Shown here one piece after another: positions 18,676 to 37,022 of a stretch of 64,000 bases of DNA. This stretch comes from the human T2T-CHM13v2.0 reference genome, Homo sapiens: assembly GCF_009914755.1 (NCBI RefSeq), contig NC_060937.1; one strand, written 5' to 3'. Both the position numbers and the translations under genes were made by a program. Below the pieces are notes generated by a model. It saw only the letters and a list, made by a program, of their open reading frames with translations, did not search any database and had not been told where the DNA came from. The first letter of the stretch is position 1. Each line of letters starts with the position of its first letter.

Positions 18676-18689
18676 GCGCCTCCTAGTGG
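18676..18689 (-). promoter_or_regulatory. Candidate CTCF core motif
   Basis: Minus strand CCACTAGGAGGCGC, one mismatch to CCASYAGRKGGCRS, in unique AT-rich sequence. Confidence 0.6.
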
Positions 18690-19433
18690 CAGAAATGCAG
18701 CAAAAAGGAGATTGAATCTTCAGTAATTTCTCTTCTAGGTGTAGGGATACAGGTTAGATTTCAGCTTAATTTTGTCTGACTTTTCTGTTAATTGATTAGT
18801 ATCTCAAATGTCTCTACTCTTAACACATTAACATGGGCACAGGCTTGGCTTAGTATAGGTATATTGAAAGTGGCATTAAGTCAGGAGAAGCCCACGTTCT
18901 ATCTTTGCTATAAGCTCCCTGTCGCTTAATTATATTTCTTCCTTTGCCTTTGTTTTCGTATATGTGGCTATTATTTCTTTCATGGTCATGATTCTCAATC
19001 AGAAATTATGTAGAGGTATTTACTTCACAGTTTTAAGTTTTTACTTACACTGCTTTTGATCTGAAAACATTGCAAGTCTTATTTCAACCTGGATATAACT
19101 TAGAAAACAAATAATTATGGTGCAGCAAAGAGAGGAAAAGCCTGATTTCCTTGATTCAAAGAAGCCTTTGGGTCTGGCTAAATAGACCGAGAATAAACAT
19201 CCGGCGTTTGATTGATGCCTCCTAACTTGCAATTTTGTATATAAAGAGACAGAAAAGAGGGAGACACAAAAAGAAGCTCAATGCCACATCTAAACACTAA
19301 GGTAGAAGTCAGGAACACCCACTTCTGAGTTTGATGTAGCTGTTAAATTGTTGCTTGATTTTGGACAAGTAACAGTATAAAATGAGGAATCTGATCATCC
19401 TTCTGTTCTCTGCTCCCAACAAAGCTGTATGGT

Positions 19434-19903
19434 TGTCTTAGTTCCTTAGGGCTGCTGTTAGGTTGGTGCAAAAGCAATTGCAGTTTTTGCCATTACTTTT
19501 AACGGCAGAATACCATAACAGAATACCATGAATATATGTAACAGAATACTTAACACAATATAACAGAATACCATAAATCAGGTGCCTTCTAAACACAGAA
19601 ATATATTTCTTACAGTCCTAAAGGCTGGAAAGTCCAAGATCAAGACACTGGCAGATTCAGGGTCTGGTGAGGGCCAGCTTCCTGGTTCATAGACAGCTGT
19701 CTTCTCTTGTGGTGTCCTCACATGGCAGAAGGAGCGAGGGAGCTCTCTGGGATCTCTTTTATAAGGGCACTAATCCCATTATGAGGGCTCTGTCCTCATG
19801 ACCTGACCACCTCCCAAAGGCCCTGCCTCTGAATACCGTCACATTGGGAGTTAGGTCTCAATGTTTGAATGTTGTGAGGGTTATAAACATTCAGCCTATA
19901 GCA
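19434..19903 (-). mobile_element. MLT1A-type MaLR LTR containing a MADE1 fragment (~19458-19510)
   Basis: tgtcttagt...aagtccaagatcaag...acattcagcctatagca. The segment ttaggttggtgcaaaagcaattgcagtttttgccattac is MADE1. Confidence 0.8.
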
Positions 19904-20728
19904 ATGATTTACATAAAGTTTGTGGAATGAGACTGATAAAGTAATTACCAATAGCCAGTCAGGTTGGTATCAGAAAATTTCTTGCTGTAGTATGTTAGCT
20001 ACGTGAGATAAACTTTTTGAAGATTAAACAAACCACAGCAGGGATATAGGTGAATGAATGCACCATTGTGCCACTGATTAACTTTTCTCCCATTTCTTAT
20101 TCATATACTACTTAGATAAAATAATACTCTTTAATTTTTTTAAAGCCATAATAATAATTCCATTACACTAATCAGTACTAATCAGTGCTGGAGAACGATG
20201 AACAATCTGATGTCAGGCATCCAAATGTACTAAATTCATCCAAACCATCAGTTTTAAATCATTTATTTCCCTACCCAGGTTCTTCATAATTTCTATTCTG
20301 CCATCTTAGAAGTTATTTAGTTAAAAACAGTTCAATACATTCAAATCTACAGTAAATGTCTGACAATCTCTTTTAAGATGAATTATAGGGGACAATTGGT
20401 TTGCCAGGAGCATGCTAAGGTCAAGACCCTAAACATAACATAGTACAATGAACATAATTCCAATTGCTTTTTTCTGTTTAATATTAAAAAGAAAAGATTT
20501 TTTTGTCTACGTGCTTTTTTCAGATTTTCTTCAAGTGTTGACATGTAATAAACTTAAGTAGAAGCATCAGAAATAGCATAATGATTTGCTGCTACCAAGA
20601 CAGGATTGATCTGAATTTGATTTAGCCATAGAAATACCTCCTGTGAGAGGAAGGCCAGGTGTAGTTTAGAGGAGGCAGATTTGGGCATTGCCACTCCCTG
20701 GTTTTCTTATCTCAGGTAAGTTACTTAG

Positions 20729-21096
20729 TGATATGGTTTGGCTGTGTCCCCACCCAAATCTCATCTTGATTTGTAACTCCCACAATTCCCATGCGTTGTA
20801 GGAAGAATCTGGTGGGAGGTGATTGAATTATGGGGGTGGGTCTTTCCTGTGCTGTTCTTGTGATAGTGAATGAGTCTCATGAGACCTGGTGCTTTAAAAA
20901 CAAGAATTTACCTGCACAAGCTCTCTCTTTGCCTGCTGCCATTCATGTAAGACATGACTTGTTCCTCCTTGTCTCCCGCCATGTTTGTGAGGCTTCCCCA
21001 GCCACATGGAACTATAAGTCCAATTAAACCTCTTTCTTTGTAAATTGCCCAGTCTCAGGTATGTCTTTATCAGCAGTGTGAAAAGGGACTAATACA
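20729..21096 (+). mobile_element. THE1 solo LTR inserted in a MIR
   Basis: tgatatggtttggctgtgtccccaccc...ggactaataca with 5-bp TSD cttag. MIR sequence continues to ~21253. Confidence 0.9.
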
Positions 21097-21612
21097 CTTA
21101 GCCTGTGTCTAAAACTCAATATGCTCATGGGCAAGGTAGAGATAATAATCTCTGCCCATAGAGTTATTCTAAAGACTAAATAAGATAATATATGTAAAAT
21201 ACTTAAAGCCATGCCTGACATGTAGCAACTGCTCAATAAATGGTGGCTATTATTGTATCAATAATAAGTTTTCTCTTTTATTATTCTAGGATCAGTTAGC
21301 AAGAAATAATCCAACACAGTCAAACTTACAATAAATGTCTGACTTACCCTTTTAAGATAAATTGTTATATGAAACTAATATGAACCTTCTTTTAAAAACA
21401 TGATTATTCAACATGCAATCTATTATGTTTTCCACAGTTTATTTTCAAAGAAAAGACAAATTCTGACCAAGTTTTTCATAGAAATAAAAACATCAAACAG
21501 TACCCTAATTTTGATGTATTGATCAGCTTACTATCTTGAACAAAATGGTGGCCAATAAAGACTTCTCAATGGACATGATGTCTGATACTTTGATACATTT
21601 TAATGAAAATCA

Positions 21613-21982
<370 letters not shown>

Positions 21983-23013
21983 GAATTCTGAGAGAAAAGC
22001 CTCCAAAAGTGAGATTTTTCTTGCTCTAATCAAGTCCAACTCTAACTTTGTTTTCTTTCTGCCTCCCTATTTCTGAGCCTATCTTGACAATCCAGTTTAG
22101 CAGCCACCTTAGCAGAGACAAAGAAAATACTGGACTCAACAATTTGAGGCCCAGATGGTCCTACTAAGTAACTTTAAGATGTGAAAGCACTTTGGGTTCC
22201 ATAGAGTACTTTGGGTTCATTAGTACAATCTTGAAATCCTTCTTAAATAACATTAACTCATACATGCAATCAATAGCCCTAACTGATTTATATCAATTCT
22301 AACTAACAATTATTTTTGAAAATGAGTTTTGTGGATAGAATACAAAACATACTGTCTCAAAAGTATCCGTGACCTTCTAATTCTTCATATTGTTGTCCAT
22401 ATTTATCATTGCAAGAATAGAGATACATCTGAGTATCAAATGTTTAAGAAAGTCTACTGACAAAACAATAAATTAAATGGAATACTTACCCATGTTTCCA
22501 CTAAAATAGTCTATATCAGACTTTAGAATTGATATAGAAACCCCCACACAGTGTTTACTTTGATCAGTTTGCAGAAACTGAATAAATATTATGTTTCTTA
22601 TTTAAATTTTAAAATATCTTCCAGGGAAGAATTTAAATGATAGGTATAGAATGTTGCTTCTTCAGTCTACAGCAAGAGCTTAGTATTTAGGCAAAGACCC
22701 CGTGAGGGAGAAGCTACACGGCCGTTACTCAATAGCGACATCTGCTGTTATCACAGGAGTATGCTTTCCCATATTAGGAAGCTCTGCTCTTTGGCAATGG
22801 GGTAGCTGGAATGACAGTCAACTCTCAGGCATAAAGAGGCTTATTCTCTAATTTGTGGGTTTTCTCGGTCTTTAGTGACTCTTCATTCCCCCACCTGCAC
22901 TCTGCCTATTGTCTGAAAGGTTAATCTTAGCTTTCTTACCAGAAGTTAAGTAAGCAGAGAATAAAAACTGAACCTCATATCAATCAATATTGTTCCTGTT
23001 ATTCGATGGTTTA

Positions 23014-23333
<320 letters not shown>

Positions 23334-23339
23334 ATACTG

Positions 23340-24050
23340 TTTCCTTACAGAAGAATTCCAAATAATATAGGTATATATTTCCCCATCTCCCACTCCACCA
23401 AAGAGGTGGAATTTATCCCCCTAACCCTTGAAGATAGACTCCACTGAATGACTCACTTACAAAGACTAGAGTATGGAAAGGGAAAAATAGTAACTTTTCG
23501 GTGGAGAAGGCTGGCAGATGCTACCTTAACCCAGTGACTCAGGTGAGCATTGCCAATAATGTCATATGGACACCAACTACACCTGATATTATATGAAAAA
23601 AGGGCACTTCAGCATCATGGTTTTCCTTCCAAAATCCCATGACTCCAACAGACCAACCCGGATTGGGGGCTGTCCTACAAAATACCTGACCAGAACTCCT
23701 CAAAACTGTCAAAATCATGAAAATCAAGGAATGACTTAGAAACTGTTGCAGAGCAGAGGAGACTACAGAGACCTGAGGATTAAATGCAGCATAGTATTCT
23801 GCATGGGATCCTGGAGCTGAAAAAGGACATTAGGAGAAAAACTGGGATATCAGTTTGGTGAAAGTATAGGATTTAGTTAATAGTCCTGTATCAATGTTGG
23901 TTTTTTTCATTTGGACATATTTACCATTGTATAACAATGATAACATTAGGGGAAACTAAAACTGAGTGAGGGGTGTATGGGAACTCTTCGTATTATCTTT
24001 GCAAATTTTCCGTAAATTTCCAAGTATTCCAAGATACAATTTAAAAAATA
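23340..24050 (+). mobile_element. Old L1M (MC/MD/ME-type) 3' end
   Basis: ggaaactaaaactgagtgaggggtgtatgggaactcttcgtattatctttgcaa resembles an L1M 3' terminus. Confidence 0.6.
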
Positions 24051-24117
24051 TATGTATATTAAGAACTTGCTCTATGTCTTTCTCTGTGCTGGACATTCTT
24101 GTGGATAACACTTCACT

Positions 24118-24250
24118 TCTTTTTTTTTTTTTTTTTTTAATAGAGATTGGGCATCCCTATGTTGCCCAGGTCTCAAACTTCTGGCCTCAAGAGATTCTCC
24201 CTCCTCAGCCTCCCAAAGTGCTGGATTATAGGCATGAGCCAATATGCCCA
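24118..24250 (-). mobile_element. Alu monomer (FLAM-like)
   Basis: Poly-T plus a single left arm. Confidence 0.75.
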
Positions 24251-24525
24251 CCTACACCTCACATTGATGGACATGGCACAGATTAGAATGTGTTTTCAGA
24301 TATTTTTTTCTCATGTAAACTTCCACAACAGCCATGTGAGGCAGGCCAGATGGGATTATTTCCATCTAGAGATGAAAAAACAAACTCAGAGAAGTTTTAT
24401 CCGGCTAAAAGTCATACAAGGAGTTAAATGCAAAGCCAGAACCCACCCACAGGACTTGGCATCATCTTCAAAATGTTTTCTACTCCTCACAACAAGTTTC
24501 TTATCTTTAAATTCTAATAAAGAAG

Positions 24526-30038
<5,513 letters not shown>

Positions 30039-31489
30039 GTAAGAGACAAGATGAGTAATCTTCCTTCCATTCATTCATTCAACAAATATTTTAAACATCT
30101 GACACTTATCACACACTGCCCTAGGCACTTAGGATACATCATTGAACAAAAGAGACCAAAAGCCCTTCTGTCCAAGAGCTTATATTTCTAGAGAGAAACT
30201 ACGTTAAATTCAAATAAACATTTTTTGTTCACCATAAAAGGTAAAAACATGGGCCACAGGCTGAGAAAAGATATATAACCAACAAGAATTTGTATCCAGA
30301 ATACATAAATAATGTGTACAAATAAACTAAAAGAAAAAGAAAAGAAAACAAAACAAAACCTCATGGGCAAAAGAATAAGCAGTTCCCAGAAGTAGAAAGC
30401 CAAATGCCAGTAGACATGAAAATATGGGTATTTCATTAGTAATTAAGGAAGTACTAGTTATAATATCAAAGAAATACCATTTTATAACTATGAAACTCTC
30501 AAAAATGAGAAAGCCTGACAATATCAATCATTGGAGATAGTGTGGTACAATGAGGATTCTTAATTGTTTAGTTAGAATAAATTGGTGCCATACTTTGCAT
30601 AATAGTTTTTACAATAGCTAGTAAACTTGAAGATGGGTGTGTTATTTCCCCTAGCAACTCCACTCCCAGACATAGACCTCACAAAAATGAACGTATATAA
30701 AGAAGATATACATAATTGTTAGTAAAAACAAAATTGAAAACAACTAAATGTCCAACAAGATAACAAATAAAGGTTTGATGCTTTCAAAAAATTCTAATAG
30801 AAGTGATTCTACTAGGAATGACTGACTCTATAATATAAGACTGTTGGATTTACTGGATCCATATTATCCTGGCCTATCACTTTGAGAGAACAGTAATGAA
30901 TGCTATTAGAAAAATATTGAAGTGGGAAAGAATAAAATCAAAGTTCTAATATTTATTCCCAGACTTCATCATGAAGTAATAATTTTCTCTCTGCCAAGGA
31001 AAATCCTTATCCTTTAAGGCTCAGTTCAAGAATTACTTTGCGAGTCCTTCTTCCTTGGTTCTCCCCTGCCTACTGAAAGTATACTCCTATAACCTCTGTA
31101 TTTGAGTAACACTTTTCACTGTTTCCTTTGTTTTTTTATGTTGGGGGTGGAGGGGGCATAAATATTAGAACTATACATTTATATTTTTACTGCATATAAA
31201 ATGACTGACTGTCCCACCTCTCCTTTCCTTAGAACCTCTTTTTCTATTCAAATTGAACACTCAAATATTTCTTCTAGCCAAAATGACTCAAGGTGGTTGG
31301 GCAGTAATTATTAAATTACTTAAGTTAAAAGTCTCAAATTCCAATGCCTTCAGAGACCAGATATGGAGCATGAATGGGTAAAGGAGGACAAGTATAGGAA
31401 AAGTCAAGTGGCCTTCCCCATCATTTATTTTCCCACTTTTGGAAGATTCATAAAAACTGATGTTTTTTTTCTACTGTAAGAGAAATGGT

Positions 31490-31771
31490 AGCCAGGCTTG
31501 GTGGCTCATGCCTGTAATCCCAGCACTTTGGCGGGGCCAAGGCAGGAGGATTGCTTGAGCTCCGGATTTCAAGACCAGCCTAGGCAACATAGTGAGACCC
31601 CATCTCCACAAAAAGTAAAAAATTTGCCAGGTGTGGTGGTGCATGCCTGTGGTCTCAGCTACTTGGGAGGCTGACGTAGGGGGAATTGCTGAGGCATAGG
31701 AGGTTGAGACTGCAGGGAGCCATGATCGCACCACTGTGCTCCAGCCTAGGTGCGAGAGTGAGACCCTGTCT

Positions 31772-31775
<4 letters not shown>
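31490..31775 (+). mobile_element. AluJ
   Basis: aggaggattgcttgagc...gagactgcagggagccatgatc, J-type features. Confidence 0.88.

Positions 31776-31834
<59 letters not shown>
31776..31834. repeat. (CA)n(GA)n compound microsatellite
   Basis: Directly visible in the Alu tail. Confidence 0.95.
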
Positions 31835-31835
<1 letters not shown>

Positions 31836-32271
31836 AATGGTGCTTGATGATAAATGGCAATTGACATTTGACCTCAGTATTTGATTCCACTTATTATATG
31901 AGGTAGCTAGAGTAGTCAAAGTCATGGAGACAGGGAGAAATTTGGGGGAGCAATAGAGAGTGATGTGAATTGAGGCAAACTGGAAAGTTTATGGCCTGTT
32001 TAAAGGGAAAGTATGAGATGAGGCCAGGCTATCTTATTATGACAGAATGCAAGCAAATAAGCAAAAAAAAAAGATGGAAACATAGCAAAAATGCACAGAA
32101 GCCAATTTGGATGGCCTCCTACTGATGAAGTCCAGTCCAATTTGAGCATTAAAAGAAATAAATATAGCAATGGGTTATGACTCATCGAATACAATAAGAA
32201 ACCATGATGAGAAATGGGATATCACCAAGTTACAAGTTACCTTCCCATGAAACACTTCTTAAATAGAAATG

Positions 32272-32751
<480 letters not shown>

Positions 32752-33142
32752 TTATGAGGAAACCAACATCTGCCTCCACTATCAGTCTCTGGAACCCTTC
32801 ATCTTGCAAAACAGAAACTCTATACCTATTAAACGATAACTTCCCACTCTGCCATCTTCCCAGCCCTGGAAACCACCATTCTACTTCCTACTATGATTTT
32901 TACTTCTCTAGGTACCTCATATCAGTGGAATCATACAGTATTTGCCTTTTTCTGCTTGATTTAATTCACTTAGCATAATGTCCTCAAAATTCATCTATGT
33001 TGTAGCATGTGTCAGAATTTCATTCATTTTTAAGGCTGAATAATATCTCACTGTATGTATATGCAACAGTTTGCATATCTAGTCATCTGTCCATGCACAC
33101 TTGATTGCTTCCATGCTTTAGCTATTGTTAATAAAGGTGCTA

Positions 33143-33479
33143 TGTATTTTTAGTAGAGACGGGTTTCACTATGTTGGCCAGGCTGGTCTTGAACTCCTGA
33201 CTTCGTGAACTGCCTGCCTCAGCCTCCCAAAGTGCTGGGATTACAGGCGTGAGCCACCGCGCCCAGCTCTACTAAAAATACAAAAAAAAAAAAATTAATA
33301 CAAAAAAAATTAGCTGGGCATTGTGGTGGGCGCCTGTAATCCCAGCTACTCGGGAGGCTGAGGCAGGAGAATTGCTTGGAGGCAGGAGAATTGCTTGAAC
33401 CCAGGAAACGGAGGTTGCAGTGAGCCGGCACAGTGCCACTGCACTCCAGCCTGGGCGATAGAGCTATACTCTGTCTCAG

Positions 33480-33520
<41 letters not shown>
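33143..33520. mobile_element. AluS with inverted left arm (33143-33267 minus, 33268-33520 plus)
   Basis: Orientation switches at 33267/33268. Shared TSD aataaa(g/t)gtgctatg at 33130-33144 and 33518-33532. Confidence 0.85.
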
Positions 33521-33522
<2 letters not shown>

Positions 33523-33856
33523 ATGTGCTATGAACATGGGTGTACAAATATTTCTTCAAGATTCTGCTGTCAATTCTTTTGGGTACATGCCCAGAAGTGA
33601 AATTGCTGGATCATATGGTAATTCTATTTTTAATTTTTTAAGGAACTATATCATACTGTTTTCCACTGCAGGTATATAATTTTACCAAAAATGCACAAGG
33701 GTTTCAATTTCTCTACCTCCTCATCAACATTTGTTATTTTTAGGTTTTGCGTGTGCGTACTTTTTTTTAATAATAGTCATCCTAATGGGTCTGAAGTGGT
33801 ATCCCAATGTAGTTTTGATTTGCGTTTCCCTAATGGTTAGTGACATTAAACATCTT

Positions 33857-33923
33857 TTATGTGCCTTTTTGCCATTCATATATCGTCTTAAATATGACAT
33901 ATGAATGGCAAAAAGGCACATAA
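33857..33923. repeat. Perfect 25-bp inverted repeat with a 17-nt spacer
   Basis: ttatgtgcctttttgccattcatat (33857-33881) is the exact reverse complement of 33899-33923. Confidence 0.95.
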
Positions 33924-34499
33924 TCCTAACAAATCGGATAATTAGTTTTTTAGTTGTTGAGTTTTAGAAGTTCTTTATGTATTCTGGATATGTTAATCCC
34001 TTAACAGATAAATGATTTGCAAATATATTCTCTCATTCAGTAGGTTACGTTTTGATTTTGTTGGTACTGTCTTTTGGTAAATGGAAGTTTATCATTTTCC
34101 AGAAGCCCAGTTGGTCTCGTTTTTTTCTTTGGTTGCCAGTGCCTTTGGTTTCATAGCCAAGAAATTATTGCCAAACCTAATATCATGAAGCTTTTGCCTT
34201 GTTTTCTTTTAGGAGTTTCATAGTTTTCGTTCTTATGTTTAGGACTTTGACCCATTTTGAGTTAATTTTTGTATATAGTGTTAGGCAAGGGTACAACTTC
34301 ATTCTTTTGATGTGGATATCTACTTTTCCCAGCGCTATTTGTTGAAAAGATTTCTTTTCCTCATTGAATGATCTTAGCACTCTTGTCAAAAATAATTTGA
34401 CCATATATGTAAGCAATTATTTGGAGGCTTGTTCCTTCTTTCTATTGGCTTAAATGTCTATCTTTATGGCAGCACTACACTGTTCTTATAACTGTAGCT

Positions 34500-34636
34500 T
34501 TTTTTTTTTTTTAATTATAGAGATGGGCTCTCGCTACGTTTCTCAGGTTGGTCTTGAACTCCTGGCTTCAAGCAATCCTCCTGCCTCAGCCTCCCAAAAT
34601 GCCGAGATTACAGCCATGAGCCACCATAACTGGCCA
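34500..34636 (-). mobile_element. Alu monomer (FLAM-like)
   Basis: Poly-T plus a single arm. Confidence 0.78.
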
Positions 34637-35829
34637 TGAGTGTAGCTTGGTAACAAGTTTTGAAATCAGGATGTATGAGTCCTTCGACTTTGTTCTTTAA
34701 GATTGTTTTGGCTATTTGTGATCCCTTGAGATTTCATATGAATTTTAGGAAGTATTTTTCTATTTCTGCAAAAATGTATTGGGATTTGCATTGAATCTGT
34801 AGATCACTTTGGGTAATATTGACATCTTAATATTAGGCCTTTCAATAATTGAATAGTGCCTTTTCTTTATTAGCATCTAATGTATTTCAGCACTTTTTAT
34901 AGTTTTTGTTATACACATCTTTCACCTCCTTGGTTAATTCCTAAGTATTTTATTCTTTTTGATGCTATTGTAAATGGAGTTTTTTTTTTTAAATTTTCTT
35001 TCCAGATTGCTTATTGTCTACTTCTTTTAAGTTATTTAATTCCTTGGCATACAATTTTCAGAGTGCTCTCTTATAGTCCTTTTTACTTCTGCAGAGTCAG
35101 TAGTAATATCTTAAACTTTCTGATTTTAGTTATTTGAATCTTCTCTCCTTTTTTCTTAGTCAATACAGCGAATGGTTTGTCAATTTTGTTGATCGTTTCA
35201 AAGAAACAACTTTTGGTTTCATTGATTTTTCTCTATTGTTTTTCTATTCTCTCGTGTTTCTCTCTTAGTTTCATTATTTCCTTCCTTCTGTTATCTTTGA
35301 GCTTTGTTTGTTCTTTTTCTAGTTCTGAAATTGTAAAATTAGGTTATTGATTTGAGATCTTTCCTGTTTTTTAAAATGAAAATGTTTATGGCTATGAATT
35401 TCCTCCTTACTACTGCTTTCACTATGTTCCATAGGTTTTTGGTACATTGTCCTTTCATTTTTATTTATCTCTTAGAATTTTCTAATTTCCCTGTGATTTC
35501 TTCTCTGATACATTGGTGTTTTAAGAGTGTGTTGTTTAATTTGCATGAATTTGTGAATTTCCTAATGTTTCTTCTGTTGTCTATTCTGATTTCTAAGTTC
35601 ATTCTGTTTTGGTCAGAGAAGATACTTTGTATGACATCCATGTTTTAAAGCCTAGTGAGACTTAAGTTGTAGCTTAACATATAGTCTAAAATGTCCCATG
35701 TGCACTTAACAAGAATGTGTATTCTGTTGTTGAATAGACTGTCCTGTATATGTCTGTTAGATCTGCTTGTTTTATTGTGTTAAGTCCTCATTTTCTTACT
35801 TATCTTCTATCTCATTGTTCTAGTCATCA

Positions 35830-36131
<302 letters not shown>

Positions 36132-36562
36132 TTCTATTTATTATTAACAGAGATATATTGAAGTCTCCAATAATTGTTATAGAACTTAAAGTATAATAAT
36201 GAAAAATTAAAAAAATTTAAAAATCTAAAGAAATAAAAAAGGAAAAAAGAAATGTCTATTTTTTCCTTCAATTCTATCCATTTTTGCTTTATATATTTTT
36301 ATGGTCTGTTATGAGGCATGTAAAGGTTTATAATTATTATATCTTCTTATTGTATTAAAACTTTTATTAATATATAATGCCCTTCATTGTATCTTGCAAT
36401 CTTTTTTTAAATCTATTTTATCTGATATTAGAATAGCCATCTTTGCTCTCTTTGGGTTTCTATATCCATGGAATATCTTTTTCCACTTTTTCACTTTTAA
36501 CGTATTTGCCCCTTTGGATCTAAAGGGAGTCTCTTATAGACGGCATAAAGTTAGATCATTTT

Positions 36563-36569
36563 GTGTGGT

Positions 36570-36608
<39 letters not shown>
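36563..36608. repeat. (TG)n microsatellite
   Basis: Directly visible. Confidence 0.92.
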
Positions 36609-36609
<1 letters not shown>

Positions 36610-36704
36610 AAATCCATTCTGCCAATCTCTGTCTTTTGATCAGTGAGTTTAATTCACTAACTTTTAAAGTAATTACTAATATGACCTCTACAATTTTGCT
36701 ATTT

Positions 36705-37022
36705 GTTTTCTTTTCCTTTTTCTTTTTTCTTTTTTTTTTTGAGACAGGGTCTCACTCTGTCACTGATGCTGGAATTCAGTGACATCGTCATGGCTTACTG
36801 CAGCCTTGACCTTCCAAGCTTAAATGATACTCCTACCTCAGCCTCCAAAGTAGCTGGAACTACAGGTGTACACCACCATGCCTGGCTAATTTTTGTATTT
36901 TTTATAGAAATAGAGTTTTGTCATGTTGACCAGGCTGATCTTAATCTCCCGGGCTCAAGCGACCCACCTGCCTCTGCCTCCTAAAGTGGTAGGATTACAG
37001 GCATGAGCCCCATACCAGGCCA
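36705..37022 (-). mobile_element. AluJ
   Basis: Diverged reverse dimer. Confidence 0.85.
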
